Shown: positions 1-8,707 of the stretch, piece by piece | Layout of the letters: each line of letters starts with the position of its first letter | How positions within the stretch are numbered: the stretch's first letter is position 1 | From: a virus | Taxonomy: Duplodnaviria > Caudoviricetes | DNA: 49,120 nucleotides | IMG/VR virus record: IMGVR_UViG_3300012940_000034 | Span: 1-49,120 of that record | Reading direction: 5' to 3' (one strand) | Notes under the pieces: model-generated | The model's database searches: none | What the model saw: only the letters and a program-made list of their open reading frames with translations | Told to the model about the DNA's origin: nothing | Made by a program: the position numbers and the translations under genes

Positions 1-153
1 AACAGCAGCGATATTTTGTACGATTTTCAATGGACACGAGAACGCCCGCACCTAAAAGTGGTACGGGCGTCCCAGAACATACGCAATACGATCTTCTGAA
101 TTATATGTAGTTTAGTATAGCTAAGAGACAGGTTCTCTTTGAAAGGAGACATC

Positions 154-594
154 ATGCGCGGTCAGGTACCGAAGCGCAGCGAAGATAGGCTGCGTCGCAA
201 CGAACCCGAGATCCCCATCGACAAGATTGAAGCCGAAGGACCCGTGAGCGTCCCGCCCCTCAATCTTCCTTACGAACCACATCCCATGGTCGTAGACTTT
301 TACGAATCGCTGGCTCAGAGCGCGTTCGCCATTTATTACGAGCCCAGTGATTGGGAGTATGCGCGCGTCGCATGCCACATCCTTCAGACCATTGTAAGTA
401 CAAGGCGCCCCTCCGCCGAAATGTACAAGGCGCTTCAGTCCGCCATGAGTAACCTTCTTGTCACGGAGGGTGATCGTCGCAGGATGCGTATCGAGATCGC
501 TCGCGACGCCCAGAAGAGCAACAAGGAAGACGCTCAGGTGGCACAGATCATTGACATGTATCGCAAGCGCATGGAGGAAAGCACGAAGAAGTGA
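154..594 (+). CDS. terminase small subunit
   Basis: First gene; GAAAGGAG RBS before ATG154; actinophage small-terminase-like motifs (RGQVPKRSEDRLRRN, LLVTEGDRRRMRIEI). Confidence 0.8.
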   Translation: MRGQVPKRSEDRLRRNEPEIPIDKIEAEGPVSVPPLNLPYEPHPMVVDFYESLAQSAFAIYYEPSDWEYARVACHILQTIVSTRRPSAEMYKALQSAMSNLLVTEGDRRRMRIEIARDAQKSNKEDAQVAQIIDMYRKRMEESTKK

Positions 595-884
595 GCTGGG
601 GGACTTCGAATCGTCGTTCACGCTTACCTCCTAACTGGTTCTCTTACTTGCGCCCTACTGTACTCCGTGCCCACCCCACCTGTCAACTCCATTTTGACGG
701 ATGCACGGGCAAGAGCAGTGAGGTCGATCACATACAACCTGGCGATGACCATAGCCTCACAAACCTACAAGGCGTATGTGCCCATTGCCACAGTATAAAG
801 TCCGCTCGCGAAGGACGTCAGGCACAACTCAGAAGGAAGGCGCTCGGGAAGCGTCCTCCTGAAACGCACCCAGGACGACATTAA
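591..884 (+). CDS. HNH endonuclease (packaging-associated)
   Basis: C-x6-C...EVDHI...NLQGVCAHCHSIK HNH motif between the terminase subunits. Confidence 0.9.
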   Translation: MSWGTSNRRSRLPPNWFSYLRPTVLRAHPTCQLHFDGCTGKSSEVDHIQPGDDHSLTNLQGVCAHCHSIKSAREGRQAQLRRKALGKRPPETHPGRH

Positions 885-2509
885 TGACTGACACAAACAC
901 GCTCTCCGAAGCGCTATACGAAACAACTCTACCGCCCGGACTGCCCGAAAGGTCCTTAGGGTGGTATTTGTTGTATTGGAGTGCGAAGTATCTTCATCAG
1001 CCTGATGGTCCTGATGCTGGGCAGCCGTTTATGTTCACGAACGAGCAAGTTCGCTTGATTCTGTGGTGGTATGCGGTTGATGAGCGAGGGCGTTTTATTT
1101 TTAATACGGGCGTGATTCGACGTATGAAGGGCTGGGGTAAGGACCCTTTTGCCGCCGCCCTATGCCTACTGGAACTTTGCGCCCCCACACAATTCAGTCA
1201 TTTCGAGTCTAATGGGCTGCCTGTAGGGAAGCCGCAAGCAGCGCCGTGGGTTCAGGTTGCTGCTGTTTCTCGTGATCAGACGCGAAACACTTTCACTCTT
1301 TTCCCGACAATGGTGAGCCCTGAACTTATCGCTGACTATGGCCTTGAGATTCACAAGGAAATTATTCATAAGGCTGGTGGCGGGCGTATTGAAGCCGTAA
1401 CAAGTTCGCCAAAAGCACTAGAAGGTGGTAGGTCACATTTCGTAGTGCTGAATGAGACGCAGTTTTGGCTGGAGAATAATAATGGGCATGAGATGCGCGG
1501 GGCGATTCAGGGTAACACGGCGAAGGGCCGCGAGGGTGCTTTTCGCTATTTGAGTATTTGTAACGCTCATCGTCCAGGCGAAAATAGTGTTGCTGAGCAG
1601 GATTACGAAGCGTTCATGGAGTTGATGAGCGGAGAGTTTGATAATCAGCGCGAGTACTTTAAGCTATTTTATGATGCTCTTGAAGCACCTCCTGACACAG
1701 AGTTGAGTGACCCAGTATCTTTGCGCCGTGGTATTGAGTTGTGCCGTGGGGATGCGACGTGGTTGGATATTGATCGTCTTATTCAGGAGATTTACGACCC
1801 TCGCACGATCCCCAGTGAGGCAAGGCGCAAGTATCTCAACCAAATTGTTGCGACAGAGGATGCTTGGATTACGGCAGTTGAGTGGGATGCGTTAGAAAAC
1901 AAACTGCTGCGTCTACGTCCAGGCGATAAGATTACGTTGGGATTTGATGGGTCTCGCGGGGGAGATCATACAGCGCTCGTGGCATGTCGCATTGAGGATG
2001 GAGCGCTCTTCCTTCTCAATTTGTGGAATCCTAAGGCGTATGAGACAGGGAAGATCCCAACAGTTGAAGTTGATAAGGCTGTGCGGCATGCGTTTAGGAC
2101 CTATGAAGTTGTAGGGATGCGCGCCGACGTCCGAGAATTCGAAGCCTACATCGATCAGTGGACTGCTGATTTCGGCAATAAGCTCCCTATCAAAGCCACG
2201 CCCGGGCATGCTATTGCGTACGACATGCGCACAAAAGGCAAGAAAGATTTTCTCGAAGACTGTGAGGCATTTCAGAGCGCTGTTGTTGATGAGGGTATTA
2301 AGCATGATGGGAATAAGGCGCTTCGTCAGCATATTTTGAATGCACGCACTCGCCCTAGCGAAACTTACGACCTTGTAGGCATTGGCAAGGAATCGCGCAT
2401 GAGCGACAAGAAGATTGATGCTGCTGTCTGTGCGGTATTGGCGTATAGCGCTCGTATGCAATATCTACATAGTAAGCAGAATAAGAAGAAGGGTATGGCG
2501 ATTTTCTAA
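884..2509 (+). CDS. terminase large subunit
   Basis: RRMKGWGKDP Walker A, VVLNE Walker B, LGFDGS nuclease motif, C-terminal KIDAAV. Confidence 0.95.
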   Translation: MTDTNTLSEALYETTLPPGLPERSLGWYLLYWSAKYLHQPDGPDAGQPFMFTNEQVRLILWWYAVDERGRFIFNTGVIRRMKGWGKDPFAAALCLLELCAPTQFSHFESNGLPVGKPQAAPWVQVAAVSRDQTRNTFTLFPTMVSPELIADYGLEIHKEIIHKAGGGRIEAVTSSPKALEGGRSHFVVLNETQFWLENNNGHEMRGAIQGNTAKGREGAFRYLSICNAHRPGENSVAEQDYEAFMELMSGEFDNQREYFKLFYDALEAPPDTELSDPVSLRRGIELCRGDATWLDIDRLIQEIYDPRTIPSEARRKYLNQIVATEDAWITAVEWDALENKLLRLRPGDKITLGFDGSRGGDHTALVACRIEDGALFLLNLWNPKAYETGKIPTVEVDKAVRHAFRTYEVVGMRADVREFEAYIDQWTADFGNKLPIKATPGHAIAYDMRTKGKKDFLEDCEAFQSAVVDEGIKHDGNKALRQHILNARTRPSETYDLVGIGKESRMSDKKIDAAVCAVLAYSARMQYLHSKQNKKKGMAIF

Positions 2510-3936
2510 TGCCAACTGTAAGTGAATGCATTGACTTGGCGCGCGAAGAACTGCAGAAGCGCTCTAAAGACATGCGCGAAGACAGCGAATATTACGAGGC
2601 GTGCAGAGTAATTTCGCGTGGTAGTGCAGTCATCCCGCCTGAGTTTCGCAATCAAGTGGCGAGCGTAGGCTATAGCAGGTTGTATCTTGATGCTCTCACA
2701 GCCCGCACCAAAATCGACGGCTTTAGGACTCCCGACACGCCAGAGTTTGATGACCGCTTGATGGACTGGTGGAATATTAATGATCTTGAGCAAGAGAGCG
2801 TTGTAAGTTTTCTTGAGACGTTGATTCATGGGCGCTCGTACATTAGCGTGAGTGCCCCCACCGATGAAGATGCGCTCTATGGTCACCCTATGGATGTGCC
2901 GCTTATCAGGATTGAGTCCCCTCGTCACATGTGGGCTGATATTGATCCTCGCACTCGTCGTGTCAATTGGGCAGTTCGTTTTTATCGCGACCCCAGCTCG
3001 AGAGACGCCACAGACGAAGATCAGCAGTACACAGTCTACCTCCCTGACCGCACGGTCATTCTCGTTGACAATCGCCGTGGTGATTACACTACGGTTGATG
3101 AGATTGTGCACGACCTAGGTATAGTTCCTATTGTTCCGTCGATGAATCGTGAGCGCGCAGGCGACAGGTATGGCAGGTCAGAGATCATTCCTGAGCTGCG
3201 CACTGTACAGGACGCTGCGACTCGCATCATGCTCAACATGCAGACCGCCGCCGATCTTATGGCTGTCCCGCAGCGCCTCCTTTTTGGTGTTGAGAAAGAA
3301 GCCATCACATCGAACATTGGGGATGCGGCTGCCCAGTACAAAGCATACATGGCGGGTATCCTAGCATTCGAGAATGAAAATGGCAAGGCGACTCAGTTCA
3401 CGGCCGCCGAGCTTTCCAACTACACAGGTGCTCTCCAAGAACTAGCACGCAACGCGGCAAGTTACACAGGGCTACCTCCTCAGTACCTTTCGTTCAACTC
3501 ACAGAACCCCGCGAGTGCCGACGCCATTAGAGCAAGTGAAGCACGCCTTGTCAAGACCTGTGAACTGAAAGGCTCGATGTTCGGTAAGATTTGGACTCAG
3601 GTCATGAGGGTGGGAGCGCTTGTGATTGACGGCAAGGTGCCCGAACAGTATAATAGACTACAGGCAATCTTGGCGGACCCCAGCACCCCGACGTACGCCG
3701 CTAAGGCTGACGCCGCCATGAAGCTAGTCGCAGGCAAGCCTATCATCCCGGTTGAGCAGGCACGAATTGACATGGGGTACACTCCTGAGGAGCGCGCCCA
3801 GATGAAGGAGTGGGATGAGCAAGAGACTGCCGAGTACGCCGCATCGCTACTCGGTGTCCCGAGCGCTCGCTTCCCCCTAACCACAAGTTCAAATAGCAAC
3901 GAAAACGATTCCTCACCTGATACTGAGAATCAGTGA
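2509..3936 (+). CDS. portal protein (SPP1 gp6-like)
   Basis: 475 aa directly after terminase; YGRSEI, SADAIRASEARLVK motifs. Confidence 0.93.
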   Translation: MPTVSECIDLAREELQKRSKDMREDSEYYEACRVISRGSAVIPPEFRNQVASVGYSRLYLDALTARTKIDGFRTPDTPEFDDRLMDWWNINDLEQESVVSFLETLIHGRSYISVSAPTDEDALYGHPMDVPLIRIESPRHMWADIDPRTRRVNWAVRFYRDPSSRDATDEDQQYTVYLPDRTVILVDNRRGDYTTVDEIVHDLGIVPIVPSMNRERAGDRYGRSEIIPELRTVQDAATRIMLNMQTAADLMAVPQRLLFGVEKEAITSNIGDAAAQYKAYMAGILAFENENGKATQFTAAELSNYTGALQELARNAASYTGLPPQYLSFNSQNPASADAIRASEARLVKTCELKGSMFGKIWTQVMRVGALVIDGKVPEQYNRLQAILADPSTPTYAAKADAAMKLVAGKPIIPVEQARIDMGYTPEERAQMKEWDEQETAEYAASLLGVPSARFPLTTSSNSNENDSSPDTENQ

Positions 3937-4009
3937 TTTAGTATTCTCACAGATAGGGAAGGTAGCTATCTTGCAGATTCGCTACCTCAGGTTAGTTATC
4001 TTCCCTTGA

Positions 4010-4080
4010 ATGTCCTTGATGTAACGGTAGCATGACAGGCTCCAACCCTGTTTGTGTGGGTTCAAATCCTACAGGACATG
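4010..4080 (+). tRNA. tRNA-Trp(CCA)
   Basis: Acceptor ATGTCCT/AGGACAT, anticodon arm ACAGG-CT CCA AC-CCTGT, T-loop TTCAAAT. Confidence 0.9.
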
Positions 4081-4081
4081 C

Positions 4082-4152
4082 GGTCCTATCGTCTAACGGT
4101 TAGGATACCAGCTTCTCACGCTGGTGGTCAGGGTTCGATTCCTGTGGTATCG
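4082..4152 (+). tRNA. tRNA-Glu(CTC), degenerate (possible pseudo-tRNA)
   Basis: Anticodon arm CCAGC-TT CTC AC-GCTGG is intact; T-arm is 1 nt short and the acceptor stem has a mismatch plus G-U pairs. Confidence 0.65.
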
Positions 4153-4160
4153 ACGTTTAA

Positions 4161-4233
4161 CTACGCGTAACTCAGTTGGTAGAGTACCTGTCTTACAAAC
4201 AGGCGGCCGGAGGTTCGAGCCCTCCCGCGTGGA
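4161..4233 (+). tRNA. tRNA-Val(TAC)
   Basis: CTACGCG/CGCGTGG acceptor, CCTGT-CT TAC AA-ACAGG, GGTTCGAGCCC T-arm. Confidence 0.93.
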
Positions 4234-4234
4234 C

Positions 4235-4345
4235 ATGTGCAATCGTTGCAAAAGTAATAACGTTAGACGTTATGAAACAAAGACAGATGTTCGCATCGTT
4301 TGCAATGATTGTGGGTTAGTTTCGGTGAGTGCGAAGAGGAAATGA
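4235..4345 (+). CDS. 36-aa zinc-ribbon microprotein
   Basis: MCNRC...CNDCG (two CxxC); starts right after tRNA-Val and its stop abuts ATG4346. Confidence 0.55.
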   Translation: MCNRCKSNNVRRYETKTDVRIVCNDCGLVSVSAKRK

Positions 4346-5113
4346 ATGAGCCTGCCTACTGAGGTCACTACAGTCCGCGTTCGTGATTCGTACGTGGGCT
4401 TTGATGGCGACCCCGCATCAGGGCGCATTTCATTCTACCCCACAGTCTCACAGGTACGAGCAACTGTGAGTGACGTCACAATCCTACGGGAGAAGACCCC
4501 GCTCGTTGCTGAAATCGACAGCACAGGCGCTTTTAGCATCCTTCTACCTAGCACTGACGACCCCGACCTAACCCCGACAGGGTGGGGGTACTTGGTTGTC
4601 GAGCAGTTCAACAACAGGGCTAATCGAGCACCGTACACCATTCTAGCGCCTGCGGGACCGGACATTGTTCTTAGTGAGGCGTCGCCGCAAACGCCTATAG
4701 AGACTGTCAAGGTCTACGTACAAAGCGTCAATGGTGTGTCTCCCGATGCGAACGGCAACGTAAACGTTACTGCGTCGGTAGGCAGCGTTGAGTGGGTAAA
4801 CGTACTTAACAAGCCAACTGTGTTTGCGCCGACTGCTCATACTCACGACTATACCACAGGCGTCACTGGGAAGCCAAGCACCTTCCCTCCCAGCGCGCAC
4901 ACTCATCCTCAGAGCGACATCACAGGGCTAACGGCCGCTCTCGACAACAAGGCTGATGCTTCTGACGCTCCTCGCTTCCTCCTGTTCAACGCAGGATGGC
5001 CCGCTCGCGGTACAAGCCCACGCGCCACGTTCTTCATAGGCGGTAGCGCTAGTTTTGACGCTCCCTCGGACATTAACTTGATCAATGGCGACGTCTGGAT
5101 CCCATCGTCATGA
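4346..5113 (+). CDS. virion fibre/minor structural protein
   Basis: VQSVNGVSPDANGNV and repeated KP-x-xF-xP-xAHTH fibre motifs. Confidence 0.7.
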   Translation: MSLPTEVTTVRVRDSYVGFDGDPASGRISFYPTVSQVRATVSDVTILREKTPLVAEIDSTGAFSILLPSTDDPDLTPTGWGYLVVEQFNNRANRAPYTILAPAGPDIVLSEASPQTPIETVKVYVQSVNGVSPDANGNVNVTASVGSVEWVNVLNKPTVFAPTAHTHDYTTGVTGKPSTFPPSAHTHPQSDITGLTAALDNKADASDAPRFLLFNAGWPARGTSPRATFFIGGSASFDAPSDINLINGDVWIPSS

Positions 5114-5808
5114 CCCTGATTGCTCACTTTCCGTGTAACAGTCCAGGGTCTCTTATGCTGCGAGACGCGACAAATAATGGGTTCGACACCGACCTAACAG
5201 GGTCGAGCACCGCCCAAATTGTCGGCGGCCCTGAAGGCGTCAGCAACGGCGCCATGCAGAAGACCGGAACTAACAGGCTAATTTTTCCTGAGGCGCTTAG
5301 GCAGGCCATTCAAACTGCGTCGCGAACGCTATGTTTCTGGGCAAAGGGAACAGACGGCGTTTGGTATATCGAGGAACATGTCCCTGCCCCCACCGATTCC
5401 GGGGGCTGGGGTATTTTGTACTTGAGCGGCAGTATTTGTGCGCAGGCACGTAACACATCGTCGCTCGTTCGGTCAGGAACAGTAGCACCGACAGACGGCG
5501 AATGGCACCACTACGCAGCGACATACGACGCGACAGGCCAGACGCTGAAGTTTTACCTTGACGGCGTGAATGCGAACACTGATGCTCTTGTGCCTCCCAT
5601 TCGCACTGACACATCTACTTTGCTCGGCCCAGAGTGGAGTTCGAGCGCAACGCTTCTCAGCGACATTCGATTTTATGACGAAGCAATAACAGACTTCGCC
5701 AGCATCATCAATCCCTCAGAGCCCACAGCGACAGAAGCATACATTCGTCAAGGAAACGCTTGGATAGCGACACAGCTTCGTGTCCGTAAAGATGGCACTT
5801 GGCAGTAA
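5110..5808 (+). CDS. LamG/concanavalin A-like domain virion protein
   Basis: TLCFWAK, DGEWHHYAATYD, LKFYLDG, LSDIRFYDEA LamG signatures. Confidence 0.8.
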   Translation: MTLIAHFPCNSPGSLMLRDATNNGFDTDLTGSSTAQIVGGPEGVSNGAMQKTGTNRLIFPEALRQAIQTASRTLCFWAKGTDGVWYIEEHVPAPTDSGGWGILYLSGSICAQARNTSSLVRSGTVAPTDGEWHHYAATYDATGQTLKFYLDGVNANTDALVPPIRTDTSTLLGPEWSSSATLLSDIRFYDEAITDFASIINPSEPTATEAYIRQGNAWIATQLRVRKDGTWQ

Positions 5809-5809
5809 T

Positions 5810-5885
5810 CGGATTGTAGCTCAGCTTGGTTTAGAGCGCTGCATTTGGGATGCAGAGGCCGCAGGTTCGAATCCTGCCTGTCCGA
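5810..5885 (+). tRNA. tRNA-Pro(TGG)
   Basis: CTGCA-TT TGG GA-TGCAG anticodon arm, GCAGG TTCGAAT CCTGC T-arm. Confidence 0.93.
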
Positions 5886-5901
5886 CTTAACGAAACGAGC
5901 T

Positions 5902-6720
5902 ATGGTGAATCTTAATGAATACGTGAGGCGCAAGGAATCGCTGATTAGGCGCATGCTTCGCGCTGTAGCTTGGGTTTTTCAGCAGTTCATTGTTCCTGGT
6001 ATGTCGCTTACGCAGTGGCGTCAGATGCTCGCAGTTCTCTATCGAGTACTTGTCCCTTTCAGGGAAGAAGGCACCGAGCTAGCCCGCCAGTTCTTCGATA
6101 CCAATCGCGAAGAACAAACAGGTCTAACAACTCGCCACAACATCTACAAGGACGATCACTACCCGTTTGAGTGGCTGGCTCAGGATATGCGCCCCACTTA
6201 CGTGCAGTTTCAGCAGACGAAGAACGTAGAAGGCGCAATTAACGATGCTGTTAATCGCGCTATTAAGGTGGTCGAGGACGCACAGCGACACACCCTAATT
6301 CAAGGCGTCAGCGACGATTTTTCTCGTCCCATTCGCGGGTGGGCGCGTTTCGATCCTAAACCCCCTACATGTGCCTTCTGCACAATGATGATTTCACGTG
6401 GACCTGTGTACAGTACACAAACCACAGCAGCTTTCAAGGGATCGAAGGAACTGGCTGCGAAGCTCTGGCAGGAAAACGACACAGACGCCATGAATCAAAT
6501 GATGCACAAATGGCATCCCGGGTGTACTTGTGTCGCTGTTCCTGTGTATAAGTTCAGCGATTACCCTAGCGAGGCGCAGGAACTTGAAGCTTTCGAAATT
6601 TATAAAGAAGCTCGCAAGCGCGCCAAGGACAAAACTTACAAAGGCATCCTTCTGGAGATGCGTAAGGAACTTCGTGGTTCGAAGGAAGAAGACGAAACAA
6701 CGCTTACGTCAGCAGCGTAA
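5902..6720 (+). CDS. MuF-like minor capsid / capsid maturation protein
   Basis: WARF...CAFCTMMISRGPVY...HPGCTC motif; start moved to ATG5902 because the upstream part overlaps tRNA-Pro. Confidence 0.75.
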   Translation: MVNLNEYVRRKESLIRRMLRAVAWVFQQFIVPGMSLTQWRQMLAVLYRVLVPFREEGTELARQFFDTNREEQTGLTTRHNIYKDDHYPFEWLAQDMRPTYVQFQQTKNVEGAINDAVNRAIKVVEDAQRHTLIQGVSDDFSRPIRGWARFDPKPPTCAFCTMMISRGPVYSTQTTAAFKGSKELAAKLWQENDTDAMNQMMHKWHPGCTCVAVPVYKFSDYPSEAQELEAFEIYKEARKRAKDKTYKGILLEMRKELRGSKEEDETTLTSAA

Positions 6721-6776
6721 TTTGTTGACGATTAAATCGAGTCTGGTACTTGATCAATTACCCTGGAGGTAACGAA

Positions 6777-7334
6777 ATGACACAGCCTAGCCAGCCATTG
6801 AATGAAAATGCAAATGGCAATGCAGGCAATCAGCAGCAGAACAACGCATCGAATGACTCAGGGATTGACCTGAGCAAGATTGATAGCGTTGAGAAGCTAC
6901 CTAAATGGGCACAGGACGAGTTGTCACGTGCTCGTAATGATGCAGCAAGTTATCGTAATCGCTTGCGCGACGCCAAGAATGAAGTTGAAGCAGAAGTAAA
7001 GCAGAGCGTGCAGAGCGAAGTTGAGAAGCTTAAGACGGAACTTTCAGATCTTAAGGGCCAGTTGGCTAGTGTTGAAATCGACAGCATTAAGCTTGATGCC
7101 GCGCTAGAGGTAGGTGTTCCTGGTGAGCATCTAAAGGCGTTCGCTAGCAGGCTACAGGGTTCTACTGCTGAAGAAATTAAGGCCGACGCAGAAGCTGCAA
7201 AAGCGCTATTCAACCTTGCTCCTAATGCAGGTAGTCGCGCTACTGATCCTACAGCCGGGCTAGGTGGAAACCAGCCGAATAAGACTCCTGAAAGCGCGTT
7301 CGGTGACTTTGTCATTGGCAAGCTTTCTAGGTAA
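6777..7334 (+). CDS. scaffolding protein
   Basis: GGAGG RBS; coiled-coil, ARNDAASYR, RLQGSTAEEIKADA, DPTAG; lies before capsid. Confidence 0.85.
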   Translation: MTQPSQPLNENANGNAGNQQQNNASNDSGIDLSKIDSVEKLPKWAQDELSRARNDAASYRNRLRDAKNEVEAEVKQSVQSEVEKLKTELSDLKGQLASVEIDSIKLDAALEVGVPGEHLKAFASRLQGSTAEEIKADAEAAKALFNLAPNAGSRATDPTAGLGGNQPNKTPESAFGDFVIGKLSR

Positions 7335-7358
7335 TTGATGAAAGATAAGGACATTTAA

Positions 7359-8420
7359 ATGCCTCAGTTTATGAACGAGGTCTCCCCGAATCGCGATGAT
7401 CGCCACCAGGGGCGTATGGCGTATCTTACAGACGAGCTACTTCCTCGCGAAGTAACTGGTGTTCTGTGGGAGCAGGCACAGGAAAGTTCGCTTGTGCTAC
7501 GCCTAGGCCGCCAGGTGCCGGTGGGTTACGGCGAGACTGTTATCCCGATGAGCACACTTGAGCCAGAAGTTGGCCAGGTTGGTGTTGGTACGTCGGCAGC
7601 GGACCGTGAAGGTTACCGTAAGCCAGTGAGCGGTATCGCTTGGGAGTCGCAGAGCTTTGCGCCTATCAAGATCGCTACCATCGTAACTGCCTCCGAGGAA
7701 TTCGCACGTGCAAACGTGAATGGCATGTGGAGCAACGTTACTTCGCAGCTAGCGCGCGCTGTCGGCCGTGGTATTGACCTTGCTGTCTTCCACAACCGGC
7801 GCCCTGACACTGGTGGTCTTCTGCTCGGTACTGCTGCCAACCACAGCATCAGTGAAGCTCCTAACCCTGTAGATTACGGCACGGGGACTGACCCGCTAGA
7901 TGTCGACCTGACAACTGCGTGGGCTCAGCTTGTTGAAGCAGGCTACAACCCGAACGCTTGGGCTATTGACCAGAGCTTCGTTCCGCCTGTTCTTACCGCT
8001 CGCGATGCACAGGGCAATCTGATTTTCAACGGTCAGCTTAACCTTTCTCAGCAGTCGCTCGGCACGCTTGCGGGTCTTCCTGTGGAGCAGGGCCGCGCCG
8101 TGAGTGGCCGTCTAGGAACTTACGCTGGCACGAACACTAAGGCCGTTCTTGGTGACTGGAGCCGCCTAGTGTATGGGTACGCGGATGGTGTTCGTGTGAA
8201 GGTCACTGACACTGGTGTTATCACGAATGCCGATGGCACTCAGATCAACCTATGGCAGACCAACCAGGTTGCGATTCTCATCGAAGCAACCTTTGGGTGG
8301 CTTGTTGACCCGAACGCGTTCGTTCGCCTAGTCGACAGCACTGCTACTGTTGCGCCGTCGACTGTGCCGGGTGGCGAGTCGGCCGCTGACGGGATCACCA
8401 CAGACGGGGAAACTAGCTAA
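7359..8420 (+). CDS. major capsid protein (HK97 fold)
   Basis: 353 aa after scaffold; PIKIATIVTASEE, NLWQTNQVAILIE. Confidence 0.93.
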   Translation: MPQFMNEVSPNRDDRHQGRMAYLTDELLPREVTGVLWEQAQESSLVLRLGRQVPVGYGETVIPMSTLEPEVGQVGVGTSAADREGYRKPVSGIAWESQSFAPIKIATIVTASEEFARANVNGMWSNVTSQLARAVGRGIDLAVFHNRRPDTGGLLLGTAANHSISEAPNPVDYGTGTDPLDVDLTTAWAQLVEAGYNPNAWAIDQSFVPPVLTARDAQGNLIFNGQLNLSQQSLGTLAGLPVEQGRAVSGRLGTYAGTNTKAVLGDWSRLVYGYADGVRVKVTDTGVITNADGTQINLWQTNQVAILIEATFGWLVDPNAFVRLVDSTATVAPSTVPGGESAADGITTDGETS

Positions 8421-8431
8421 TCTAGAAAAGT

Positions 8432-8470
8432 AAAGGGAGGGTAGTTCTAATACTGGGCTGCCCTCCCTTT
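8432..8470 (+). terminator. intrinsic terminator after capsid gene
   Basis: AAAGGGAGGGTAG...CTGCCCTCCCTTT hairpin. Confidence 0.75.
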
Positions 8471-8482
8471 CTACTACAGGAT

Positions 8483-8707
8483 GTGAAAATGCGCAAGATC
8501 TCCGACCTCCTAGGTAGCCCTAAGTTTCTTCGCGCGTTTCACGCAGCCATGGTGATAGTGTGGGTGCTTCTCATTATTCCTTCCTTGTTGTTTTGGAGTA
8601 ATGCGGTTGCATGGGTTGTGCTTATGTCGCTGTGGGCTAATATTGCTGCTCATTGGTCGGCTTGGCAGGCCGCACGAACTGAAGTGAAGGAAGACGAACG
8701 AGAATGA
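8483..8707 (+). CDS. small 2-TM membrane protein
   Basis: Two hydrophobic helices; ATGA overlap with the glycosyltransferase. Confidence 0.7.
   Translation: MKMRKISDLLGSPKFLRAFHAAMVIVWVLLIIPSLLFWSNAVAWVVLMSLWANIAAHWSAWQAARTEVKEDERE

Noticed and set aside
4124-4234. N-terminal part of ORF 4124..4345 (likewise 5845-5901 and 25047-25151)
   Set aside because: These extensions run through tRNA genes, so starts were moved downstream
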